Below are positions 25,901-38,400 of a stretch of DNA of 64,000 bases, piece after piece. The position numbers and the translations under genes are program-made. The notes under the pieces are model-generated. The model had not been told where the DNA came from, made no database searches, and saw only the letters and a program-made list of their open reading frames with translations. Each line of letters starts with the position of its first letter. The stretch's first letter is position 1. Origin of the DNA: Takakia lepidozioides (taxonomy: Eukaryota; Plantae; Bryophyta); assembly GCA_030704615.1 (NCBI GenBank), contig CM060732.1:10478001-10542000 (forward strand), given 5' to 3'.

Positions 25901-27650
25901 AGCAGATTACCTGAACAGGACTCGCATTGCCGCTTTGTCGGCACCCTACGGCTCTTCGATGTATACGCTGCGTCTTGCTTTTGCAATTTCTCTGAAAAAG
26001 AGGTTTGCGAAGCGCCCTCGCCAGGACTGCACGCAGTTCTCCATTGTCTCCGGTTTCGTCCAGTCGATCTGTAACTTGAAAGTGGTGGTGTTGCAATCCA
26101 ATTGCTCCTGGGCGTGGGTCAGTACCTGCAGCAGTGCAGGTCTCCAAAACATTCATGAATTTGAAATTGCGATGATGTCCAACACATAGAAGAGGAGGAA
26201 ATTATACCTGATGCCACCAAGTCATCACATTGAGCCAGTCGTTCATTTTGTCGTCTGTTGGCTCGATGGGAAGTGGTACAGCAGCTTCGTGTTTGTATGG
26301 CCGTTCCAGATTCGCAGCCACCTCGTCTGCATGGCCTAACATCGGTCAGACAAAAGAACCTCATCATGAGAATCGCAAGAAGACACAAAACAAGAACAAA
26401 CACATGCTAACCTTCTCCGCCGGCTCAACACACGACACTGCGATGTGATAAAGTTTCTCAATGGATATTTCCGGTTTCATGGTGCAGTCCTATCTCCGCT
26501 AGGAACTCGGCACCAAGACCAGGGTCAGCGATTGCAACTTGCTTCACAAGTTTGGACCTATACTTGGTCCGTGATTGCCTCCCTGCCTGCACAATGTGAC
26601 TCTCTATCGACGCGTCCGCCTTGTTGGGGGCATCACTCTGAAAGAACTGCCTTTTGGCATAGGCCAAGTCATCCCTGCAACAAATAGCATTAAATCGGGA
26701 AATTTGAGATGAACCTCACCGAATAGAGGATCTCCACCATGGCGTCCAATGTTGGTTGGCACCAGGTGCGATCCACTTTCGCAAGGGACTTCCTGTACAG
26801 CTCGGGATCGAGGGATTTTTGGAAGTCCGTCAGCGGTGTTGTGCCCACTTCTTGCACTCTGTACAGCGTATATGCCAGGTGAGTTTCCACGAAGGCCCTC
26901 TCTGTTACCCTGCCATGGAGAAAAAAAAAAAAAAAACAACATGAAAATATGATAAAAAAAAAACCAGATTTCGGCACAGCAATCCAATTTCCAGTTCATA
27001 GAGTGGATGACAGTCAAGAACATTGCCTATTTCGGCGCCGCAATAGGCACTACACAAGGATGTAGTAGTATACTTACAGATTTATATCCGCCATGACACC
27101 CTTCAGCAGTCCTCTGTCTCTGACGTCCACCTCACGACAACGCAGTCCACCATGTAATGCCAATTGATATCTTGCGGATGCATTTCAGCAATGTACTCTA
27201 TCCAGGCAAGCATCTTGTGGTTCTCGTCCCAAACGAAGAACATCTTCCTTGCCATGTGTGCGAATGTGGGATTAGTCTTCAGAGAGGCTTCAAACTCGGC
27301 ATTTACAGTGTGTCAGTGGGGGCTCCAATTCTGAAGCTCCTCTGCAGTGGGGCCCCTTGTGACACCCTGGTCATTCTCAATGGAAATGTAGAATGCTGCC
27401 GACCCCCGTCTATACCCTTCTATGAAGTTGTGCTTCAGTCGATCGATGTCCCCTGGCAGTGCTTGCCTTACAATTGGAAGGCTAACCATGCGACACAAAG
27501 GAACTTTGAGGTTCTCTGGATACACCATGGAGCCCAAAACGCGGCCTATGTTGCTATGAGTCTCTGCCAGCAACCTGTTTGCTGCTATGTTCATGTCTCG
27601 TGTGCTCATGAGCATACCCGCCACTAGTTTCTGACTTCTATCACCTCTCT
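22921..27650 (-). pseudogene. A2 cargo gene: ParB/Srx-like plus amino-MTase-like, multi-exon, damaged
   Basis: HSNIGRVLGSMVYPENLKVPLCRM..VRQALPGDIDRLK..KMFFVWDENHKMLAW (about 27200-27560), MILVDIPDG (about 24790), MLDDDGCVIVLA (about 23930), SPAFIQTLMEMCTDVEGRVLDITANTG, intron, ACMWAG..FSFEGD. Confidence 0.78.
23963..24708. mobile_element. AT-rich non-autonomous TIR element with a 4-bp TSD (Sola2-like)
   Basis: TIRs GGGCAGTTGCAGGGTTTAGTGGACCAAAA and GGGTGAATGCAGGGTTGACTGGACCAAAA (reverse complement). TSD GAAC at 23959-23962 and 24709-24712. Removing it restores the frame HTFGFAANMLDD. Confidence 0.85.
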
Positions 27651-27769
27651 CCGTCCACCACTTTCCGCCGTATGGGTGATGAAGAGATTGCGACCCCTGA
27701 CACGTTCGCATGGATGAAGTCAACTGGAACGCGACGCGTGCTTGTTCAAGCTAGCAGTACAAGACGCTT

Positions 27770-29450
27770 TATCCGAATTGCGGCGCCGAAATATCGTTCC
27801 GTTCACCGGATGCTGTTTCCCGAGCAGCCGACATTGAATGCACTATCCGCACATCATGAAACCCAATCGCCATGAAATTCCCCTGCCTACCGACATTCAA
27901 AAGTCAGGTCGACACGTTTCATCAGCGGACGGATGAATTTCGGCGCCGAAATTCATCCTATGCAAGTGCTTTCATACACAAACATATGAATTTCAGCGTC
28001 GAAATTCATCGCTTCCCCAGTCCTCATCCGTCAGGAGCACACCTGTCAGTCGGATAGCGGATCCGGAATTAATTTCGGAACTGTGCAGAACGCTGCACTG
28101 GGGCACATTTCATCCATATTTCGGCGCCGATATTCATTAACAATATCTCCGTCCGCGAGCAAACGAGCTGAAATCATCCATATTTCGGCGTCGAAATACA
28201 TCCAGCCCGAACAGTAAACCGGCACCATGCCACACTTTGCTGCCATCAGTGCCCCTCGCGGTTGCTGTCCATGCATGTTGGACGTGTCATGTCTTGACTG
28301 TTATGTATAATTTCGGCGCCGAAATTATACTTTATTTGCGGCAACCTCCGTACGAGAAATGACCACTTAATGGATACGGTCAGTTTCAAATGAAAACAAC
28401 GGCTAAAATGCAATTAATTTACCCCCAACCTGAGAAAATATCTCATTTCGTCATTGGATAACGGCCTTTTGAAAGACATAAGTGGTTAAATGTGCCGATT
28501 TCTCCATTTAATGCAGAATATTCGTGTTTTCTTTGTCTAAATGGGTTATTTGAAATGAATTTCGGAACCTTACATCATCCAGAAGCAAGAAATAAGTGTC
28601 GGGTTCGGATGAATTTCAGCGCCGAAATTCATCCGTCTCATGGAAAATGTAATATTGGAGTTACCCTTCGCCAACAGTAAGGATGAATTTCGGCGCCGAA
28701 ATTCTTAAAAATAAATATTGGAGGGAGGACTTTGGATGAATTTCGGCGTCGAAATCCAACGCTCGAACCCTGAAAAAAAATTGGAGGGATGACTTCGGAT
28801 GAATTTCGGCGCCGAAATTCATTGCTCACAAATAAAAAGAATTATTTAAATGGAGGACTTTGGATGAATTTTTGTACCGAAATTCATCGGTCGCAAAGAA
28901 AATAAAAATGAAGGGAGGACTTCGGATGAATTTTGGCGCCGAAATTCATCCGCATGACAGCAGAAGACATTCGAAAAAGCAGAAGAAGAATGAATTTCGG
29001 CACCAAAATTCATCCAACGTCCTCCCTCCAATAATATTTTTCCCATGCGAACGATGAATTTCGGCGGCGAAATTCATCCCTATTATCGATTCAGGATTAC
29101 TCTCATCTGGATTTCGGCACCGAAATCCTTACACGTGGTGAATCATGACTCTAATCACGAACACATTCATCCGTATTTCGGCGCTGAAATTCATCATTTA
29201 TGTGCAGAAACAATTTCATGAAAAACATGTTCATCCGAATTTCGGCACCGAAATCCATCCGTCGGGTGCTTGCTCAGTTTCATGAGGTGAACTAATTTCG
29301 AATTCTATCGCCGGAATTCATCCCGTGGCTTCCAAATCTGTTACATGACAGAGATGTTCATCCGGATTTCGGTGCCGAAATTCATGAGAAGGCTTGATTT
29401 ATTGTAGCCCAACTGGTGGTACATCACAATTCAGGTACCCAATTTCCGAT
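27770..29450. repeat. Central palindrome-rich spacer of A2
   Basis: Many GATGAATTTCGGCGCCGAAATTCATC variants, homologous to A1 4330-6260 but without the homogeneous array. Confidence 0.9.
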
Positions 29451-29632
29451 GTGAATTTGTTGTGGTCGTCCGTATTTGTAACGTACGTTACACACCTTCA
29501 TCCATACATGCACTGATCACCCATCCTGTTGGATACAGAATCCTCCAGAAAATGATTGTGGTATTATGTAGGACACACTCTTCTCATTGCAGGACTTCGT
29601 TGCGGAGCCTACCGAGAGTTGCGGTCTTCAAC

Positions 29633-32600
29633 ATGGACTCCTGTGTTTGGGTAAACGTGTACTTCCATCCTGATTATCTGAAAGCTAAAATACCATGCGA
29701 CCAAGGATTTGCGACTGTCACTGAGCAGTACTTGTGTGTGAAATTCGGGCTTCATCCTGGAACGGTGTTTTTGGAAGAGGAGACGAATGATGCTTATGGA
29801 AATTTTCTAGAAAGTGCCGTCATTCTGCATGCAGATTTCGGAAAGGGCAAAGAGTGGCGGCTCCCAGCTTCTGAATCCATCCGGTATAGTGCAATTGGTG
29901 AAATTATGCCTAAAGAGTTCCCACGCTGGAACTTGGTTGATCCTCCTTCCACAAGAGGGTCTGGCATCAAGATGTGAAGTCTGCCATGAGGGATGTGGGC
30001 ACCTCTTCACAAGCAGAGAAGCCCAAACATGTGAAAAGGGAAATCGAGAAAAACAGGGAAACAGTTGTCCACGACTTATCCAGTGACGATGAAGACTGTA
30101 TGGTCCTTCCATCGTATGTTTCGAAGTCGTCCGTCACTTGGAGTGTTCAGATGTCGGCAGACAATGAGCACACACCCTCCGACTCAACTTCCGTCCGCTC
30201 AGTAATCGACATATTGCGGAGGATGAAGACAGCGGGTTCCCGCTCCAGTGACCTTCTTAGGCTTGATTACGACAAAACTCCAATCCATTCTGTGGAAACT
30301 TTGCCTGAAGTTGTGGATGGGAATGCTATCTACGAGTTCCCTCCAGTGCTGGCAGGCGCAGGCCCAGACGGCATGCTGGCAGGAATGAACAGAAAACATG
30401 ACGGACACCCTTGGTGTGTCACCAAAACTTCATCGTCCAACCTGGGTGATGGAGTTCGAGTGAGATGTATTGTGTGTTGGGCATCTTAAATGTTTCTCGA
30501 GCACATGTTACCACTACACAAGCAAAGGCACCCGGAATGAGACAGACTGGATTGGCAATTCGTCGACCCCATTTTAGCCTCAAAGTAGAGTTCCTGTAGG
30601 GACGTTCAAATGTGCCCATTGCAACGCAGCCCCTACGTGCATGGCAGTGTGCAACGCCAAGCAGTACTACGTCGGGACCGTCGGCCCAGCGTGCACCAAA
30701 GCATGCATTCACATCGGAAAGCATGACCACCCCGTCGCCAGAGGCAATTGCAGAGTCGCTTTTCAACAAGCCCATGATATTATTAAGGAGGAGGTGAGGT
30801 TGAGGCCGGGAGCAAAACCAAAGCAGATACAGCTCGCATCCGCACATAGAATTGCAATTGGCAGAATAATGTCGGAGGACGGAAGCACAAGAGAGAAGCT
30901 GGGCGAGGGGGACATGAAGGAGCTGCTGGAAGCTGTCTTCCATGTGTGCAGCTCCAATGTCAGGAACCACATTGTTGGCTACAAGAAACGAATCGGAAGA
31001 GGATCAGACATGCACTCCATCTTGGAAGTGAAGCGCACATGCGGCTATGACTTCATCCAGGGCAGCTTCTTTCCTAGTCAAGGCTCAGAGACGGACAGGT
31101 GCTTCATATTTAAGATGTCAACATACGGACCGGGGAGCGGTGTCGATTTGGTGAAGCGGATGACCAGTGGAGACCTCTCAAATTGCTGGGTCATGTTCGA
31201 CCACATCAGGCGAATTACCAACCACGATTGGGTGACAATGGGGGCACATGTATACGACCCACATTGCATAAAGTTGATGACCATTGCTATCTGTGAAATG
31301 AAAGGAGAAGACACAGATTTGGAGTTGCACATGTGGCGCGGAATTAATGAGCAAATGGCGAGAGCAAAGTTGCCCCCTCCTGATTTTAGGGGCTTCATGG
31401 CTGACAATGCCCAGACGAACTGGGCTGCAGTGAGGAGGGTATATGGGGACGACCCAAAGACTCCAATGGAAGGTAATGAGAGATCTTGCGGGTTTCACTT
31501 CATGCAGAGTTTGATGCAAAACACGAAAAGGTTCGTGGCGTCACGCCACCGGCAGGATCATATCAGTATGTGCCTTGCGTGGAAAAATGCGAATTCCATC
31601 GACGAGGCGGAGACCAAGTTTGCAACCATACGCACCTGGTGGGTGTCTTCAGGAGCAGTGGATGTGAAAGATCAGCCAGAACTGCGAACGTGGCTTGCGT
31701 GGTGGCACTATAGATTCCGGCAGTTTGGAGACTACATGAGACATGTAACACATTTCTGTACTTGACAATTGTTCTGTTTTGTGCTTGGACATTCTCCACA
31801 ATAAGTGACATTTCTAATTTCCTTCAACATGACATGAGCTTGGAGGATGACATGGATATGCCGACGACGAACATGGCCGAATCGGTGCACTCTTCCTGGC
31901 GTGCTTCCTCTGCGGCACATCTCGTTGACATGTTGACAGCAACAACAGAAGATATTGTGAGGGCCATCATGCAACAATCTCGTTTTTGGGAGGAAAGCAA
32001 TGGGGTATCGGACCAGACAGGCAGGAGATGCTGATGAGGGCGGCGCATCGTTCGACCGATCCCAAAAAATGGACTGCTGCATTGCGGGAAACAATAAGGT
32101 CAACGTCGTTACACAGTCGGGGGAACTGCCTGGAGGGCAATGTCCGCAGCCGGCCGGTGAAGAGAAGAATTGAGGACATGCCCGGAGGCGACGGCGATTC
32201 ATGGAGATCAGATATGAACATCCGCACTCAACCTCGGGGCGCAACGATGTTGTGTCCCATGCTCCTCCCAGCAGGACTTGTACCCCCTCTCCTACAGCAT
32301 CCATGGAATCGCTCCCAGACTTGGGACAACAAGCCGAGGATGAGCATGCTACTCCTATTATCGTTACCCAATACAACATTCCAATCGTGGAGCGAGATGT
32401 GTCGGCCTCGCAGTGGAGAATTGCACGGACCCGTCCGTCATTTCGTGGCAAATGTTGTGTTGTTCGTGTCGACACCAACTAGAGATGCAATGAGATGATT
32501 CGGAGGAGCCCGCAGGGCGGTGTGCCTGCCCCTTGATTCATAGGGAGATTTGTGTGCGCAAAGTTTGTGGAGGCCACACTGAAGGAGTTTTGGTTCTGCA

Positions 32601-33245
32601 GGCACGACATCATGTCGTGTGTATTCGGCAAGCCCAAGTATGGTGTACAAGGCATGCCTGAACCACCACCAGTCTCGCTTGTGGCAACTGGTACAGAACT
32701 TACCTTGGAGGAGGCAGACGCTTTAGGAAGTGCAGGGTTTCGACTATGGAGAGGACAGACGTTCCACGAAATCCAATTCCCAGTCGTCATCCTCCTCCCA
32801 CGAGAAGCTCTTCACCCCGCATACCGGTGGGTGACCCCGCAGCTTGGCCCACCCATCGGTGGGGGAAACTGAAAAGACGGCGGCCACCAATAAAGGCGAA
32901 CGACACCAAGATGGCCAACGCTCTTGCAATGCCCTGCATAGTGCAAGGTTGCAGGGATGTTCCTCACCCCGGGATGGGGCGCATATTTCAGTTGTCAACA
33001 GCCGGGTCTGCTGCGCACAGTGTCGTGTATGCAATCACGGTTTCTCAGTACCCAGCTTGCAACTGTGATGACTTCCTTGTTATGGAATCGAAGAATGCAG
33101 CATATGTCCCCTGCAAACACCTTTATTACATTTTTCTGAAGCGCATGAGTTGCATATCCGCAATGGACATCTTCATCCATGCTCCAACACTGAGCTTCAA
33201 CGAGCTGCACAAGCCCTACGGCAGGATACAGGTCGGACTGCTTGA
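29633..33245 (+). pseudogene. MULE-type DDE transposase (GCM-like N-terminal domain, DDE core, Cys-rich domain, SWIM), frameshifted
   Basis: WVMFDH (D at 31199), FMADNAQ (D at 31403), CGFH (31487-31498, the CxxH motif), TTNMAES (E at 31879), SWIM CNCDDF..PCKH (33058-33120). Probable intron near 31745-31830 with a mutated acceptor. Confidence 0.85.
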
Positions 33246-33923
33246 CATTCCACATTGGGGAAGGAGAAAGTGGCAATTATATTACATTCATCTTCTTGCA
33301 CCCTATTTTTTTGTGAGGAATTATACACTTGGTGGTGCCGCACCGCCATGGCTCCAGGTGCATTTCGGTGCCGCAATACATGAGAATGTGGTTTTTGGCC
33401 GTGAATGGCATGGGCATGCTTTTTTTTATTTTGGTTATGTCTAGTAATGGATCCGAGGAAAGCATACATTGTGTGGAGATACATGGGCATTGTGGCCTAT
33501 TTCAGCGCCGTTATTGGTCTGTATACTGCATAGTGCTTCCTTGTTACTGCTCTATTGTGGTGATTTCGCAGCCCATCCTGGCGTTTTCGTCCACCTTTAT
33601 GAGAAGACTCCGATTTGCTACCAATACATTGTCAGTGTTCTGCAAATGTCATGCCTTTACAAGATTGCAAGTTTTGTGTCCCAGTGGGAATGGTCCTACT
33701 GCACATTCCAGCATTTGCATACTGCACCTTGTGCACACAACAATCCATACGACAAAGGACACGTCCCAGCATACTGGTAGTGAATTGCAAAAAACCGTAA
33801 TAGAAGATTATCCAAGCATATATATTCCCCATATGGCACAGGGAAGCTACTTGATTTCTGAAGCAAAATGTATGTGCCATGAGTGTCGGCGAGTCGAAAC
33901 ATGTCTACTCTAGCATGCAAGAC

Positions 33924-34475
33924 CTATGGTCCCCTCGCCCAATAAGAAGGAACTCGAACTGGCCTCTCAAGGATCTCCTGAGTGACCCGGTGCCGATATT
34001 TGAACAAAATGTCAGCGGTTTCTGTCGCCCGGTTGAAACTAACGAGGATGTCGTGTTTATCGATAGCGCCCCCTTTGTAGAAGGACATTTTCACAGTGGG
34101 CCCTGTGTTCCCCTCCTCCTCATCCTCATAACTGAAGATAATGTCCCCACTTTCCGAGCCAGTTCGTCCACGCGTGAAGTTTTCACCTATGCACTCATCA
34201 TACGTCCACTCGCAACAGTTCCAGCGATACAGCAACGCTGTGCGTGATCTGTTTGGCTCCCACTCAAGCGGAAAGTCCAGGTCCATGATGCGCAGGAACC
34301 ACCTGCTCCCCAGCCGGGGTCCAGGAGAATCGTGTAATCCTGGAAGAAACTCCATTGCTCTCAGCTAGACAAGTCGAGGATCGTCCCTGTAAACATCTAG
34401 GAAGACAATGATGTAGTCTGCTTTCGGGACAATGACTCCCGTCTGGCGTCGACAGATGTGATTCGGGCACGACAT
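33924..34475 (-). pseudogene. Third ORF homologue in A2 with a nonsense mutation
   Basis: Same 552-nt span as A1 7677-8228. CAG>TAG at 34365-34367. Confidence 0.45.
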
Positions 34476-35453
34476 GGCCTCACGACACAGCAAGAACACA
34501 GAGTAGGGAGGAGATGGGCACAGAAGAGAAGAGTGAAGAGCAAAATGAGAGCGAGGCCGGTGGAAGAGGGATATATCATTGCTGCACTGCCAATGTGGTA
34601 TGCGGCAGAACTTCTATTTCCTCCGACATGTGTGCTTTTATTAGACAAATCCGCACCAGTTTCAGGACAGTTTGCAAAACTCCCTCACCGTAAGGCGGGT
34701 ATTTGCTCTCTGGAGCCCAATTTCGGCGCCGTTATTGGATGGACTGTGGAAGCTTCAGCCGAGAATTTTGTTTCCGGAGCCCAATTTCGGCGCCGTTATT
34801 GGTTGCACTCCCAAGCCTTCAGCCGGGTATTGGGTTTTTGGACCCCAATTTCGGCGCCGTTATTGGCTGCACTTTGGTGGCTTCAGCCCAGTATTTGGTT
34901 TCCGGACCCCAATTTTGGCGCCGTTATTGGCTGCACTCCGGAGGCTTCAGCCGGGTATTTGGTTGGCGGAGCCCAATTTCGGCACCGTTATTGGCTTCAC
35001 TCCCGAGCCTTCAGCCGGCTATTTCTTTTCCTGTGCCCAATTATGGCGCCGTTATACCCAACCATCCTGCACTTCTCCAACAGTACTATCCACGGTTATA
35101 GGTTGCCATTGCGTTTTCGGAGTCTGCAAACCCGGATCCTAATTCCGCTTGCGTCCCTTCCTCTGGAGTAATTTCGGTGCCGTTATTGGCCAAAATTCAG
35201 TTTTTCTATGACCTGGCCTGGCGGTCCATGAGCTTGGGCTCCAAGTCATGAGCGAATATTGGTACTTATGAGTGGAGTGCTTCCAACATGAGCGTAGAAA
35301 TCTTCGAAAACCTTATCTTCTTATACTACTTTCGATTATTTTATCGTTTTGGGCCCGAAAAAAATCTGCCGAAATTTGCAGTGTGTTACTTGGCGGCTCA
35401 TGGGTGAGCCATGCCCGCTCATGAGTTCACGAGCTCACGGAATAGCAACCCCC

Positions 35454-38400
35454 CATAAATCATTGCCAAAGCTTCTCTTTCAGTAGTGCTATAGTTCCTC
35501 TCAGCACTGTTCAACCATCTGCTAGTATAGTACACAGGTGAATCTATGCTTCCTGTGACATTTTGGGCTAACACAACCCCCAATGCTTCTCCTGAGGCAT
35601 CACAGTGTACATGAAATACCACATGCCAGTGAGGGTTAATCAGTACAGGTGTAGTTGTTACTGAAAATGTAATTTCCTCAAAAGCCTATTGACATTCAGC
35701 TGTCCATGCAAACACTACATCCTTCTTCAAAAGCTTGCTCAATGGTGCTGCCATCTGTGCATACCGTCTGACAAACCTTCTGTAGTAGCTGGTTTGTCCA
35801 AGGAATCTCCTTAGAACCTTAACATTTACTGGTGGTGGGGATGCTTTAATGGCCTCAGTCTTTCTAGGATCCACAAGCAGTCCCTTCTTACACACAATGT
35901 GTCCCAGGAGTACCCCTGAGTTTATACAGAAAGTACATTTTTCTGGATTCAAACCAAGATCTCTCATCCTACATCTGGCCAAACATAACTCCAACTTCTG
36001 CAAGTGCTCATTCTTAGAGTTGTACACACTGAAGTCATCTAAGAACACTTGCATGAAATCATCCAGATACTCATGGAAAGATTCACTTATCCCCCTCTGG
36101 AAAGTTGCTGGTGCATTACAAAGTCCAAAAGACATGATTTTGTATGCATAAACACCCCAGTCTGTGATGAAAGCTGTCTTTCCCTAGTCTTATTCCACTA
36201 CTTGTACTTGGTTATACCCACTGAAGCCATCCATGAATGAGTACATTTCATGGCCTACCATAGTGTCCAGTATAGCTTCTGTGAATGGCAATGGAAATGG
36301 ATATTTCTTTGTACAATCATTCAACTTCTTATAGTTCACACAAACTCTCAGTTTGCCATTCTTCTTGGGAACTATCACAATGGGTGATAGCCAAGTTGTA
36401 TACTCTATCGGGTATATGAACTTAGCCTCAGCCAACTTCTTTGATCTCTTCCCCAACCTTCTGTGCATAGTTGGGATTCATCCTGTACCTTGCCTGTTTG
36501 ATTGGTACTGACCCTGGTTCCAGTTCAATCTTTATGCTGGCAGATCTCAGGTGGTATCCCTTTCAGATCTTCATAGCTCCAAGCAAATACATCTTTGTAT
36601 TTGATAAACAGGCTCTTAGCTTCCTCAAAGAATTCTGGCTCCAAGTCAGCCCCTACTTTCACCATTCTTGGTTCCTCCTCAGTTCCCACATTCACTTCTC
36701 TCACCTGTTCTTCATCTGTGATTGTCCATCTAGCCACTACTTCATCCTGTAAACTCACAGTGGCTGGTTCATCTAAGATTTCTATTTCTCCCTCTCTTTC
36801 CCCATAGAAATGTGGTGGGTAACTACTTGTTTCCCCCTCAATTGGTGTTGCTATTACTGCACCACAGCAAATACCTTTAAAGCAACTCAAGCCTCCCAGT
36901 TGCATTTCTGCAACCTGCTCCCATTCTGGGTGTGTAGCAAACAGGGTAGCTTCCTGCTCCTTATCAAGTCCTCCCCTCCAGTCATACTCTATGACTCCAC
37001 AAGGTCTTCTGGTAGCAGGTAGCCTACTAGATTTCTTAATGGTGACCTGTATCTTGTGCTTCCCATCATACATAGTCAGTAACTGGGAATTCCAATCATG
37101 GAATACCCTGGCCTGTTTCAGCCATGGTCGACCCAGCAATAAGGAGTAAGCTTCCATGACATCATCCATTTTCAACACAGTTACTGTGATATTAAAGATC
37201 ATCTTCTGAATCTGTATCTTTACTCCTCTTATCAAGCCTAATGGCTGTACACTCCTTTGATCTGCCATTGTTACTGTGAATGGGGCTGGTTTCATGTTAA
37301 TTAGACCAAGCTTCTGCCTTAATTGGTCTGTCATAATATTCACTCCTGAGCCCCCATCTATCAGTACATCAGTCAGGTCTGTGCTTCCAATTCTCAAATG
37401 GATTACTGGCATAGAATCATCGAAGTCCATGACTGTTTCTCGCCCTTCAGGCTTCACATTATAACTTGTCACCTTGCTGTTCAGGTCTGTGTTCTCTGTC
37501 ACATGAGCAATTTGATTGATTGCTTGATACAGCCTGTGTCTACAATGGGGTGCCACAACCAATAGCTGCCCAATTATAATTTCAGCTTTGGATTGGCATA
37601 TTACTTCAGCCAAAGTCCCTTCATTATCCTGCACTTGTGAAGCCTCTTGCTTCACTTCATCTTCACCTTCTTCATCTTCTCTTTCAGAGTCAGAAGAATC
37701 TGCCATAGGAATATCAGTATTCTTCTGCATTTCCCTTATGGTATCAGCCACTTCCCTGTGCAGTTCCTTCTTATGTCTCCATGCCTCGTCATCTTCAGGC
37801 ACATCAGCCATCTTCATTAACATCTTCTTCCTCATCCACTGGAGGTATTAGCTTAGCTTTGCTTCTGGTTACTATCATTGTACTTACTTCTGGTACAAAA
37901 CATGGCCTAACCATGTGAGCTGCCACCACTGGGCCTTCATTCACAGGAGCTCTCATCTCATTTTGGTGTCTGATCCAGAATGGATAGGTTGCTTTGCGAT
38001 GTCCTGCCTGGTTACAATAGTAACACAGTTCTTCACCATTGGGTCATCGCCCTTGGTCTATTCTGGAATTATTTCTATAATCCTGATTCCCTGGCTGGTA
38101 ATTCCCCCTTGGATTACCCTGATAGTTGCCTCTGGGATTGCCTTGGTAATTCCCTCTTGGATTACCTCTTCCTGCCATACCATTATTATATCTACCAGGC
38201 CTACCATAATGGTCCTCATCATTGTTTCTTCTTGGCTGGGTTGCACTTGATGCACCCTCACTTACCTAGGTTCTCTTATAGCTGTCCTTCTGTTGTAATA
38301 ACAATTCTCAGTAGAATGGTTATCCATTTTACAGATAGTACAATGTTTCTCCTTCATGTGGCATTTAGCTGTGGTATGGCCTTCATTCTGGCATTTTGCA

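Larger units (their letters stand above)
22921..35453. mobile_element. MULE-like copy A2 (left end lost)
   Basis: Collinear with A1 from A1 position 2622. Right TIR GCTCACGGAATAGCAACCCCC ends at 35453, inserted in gypsy RNase H. Retains the full transposase span and most of the cargo gene. Confidence 0.92.
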
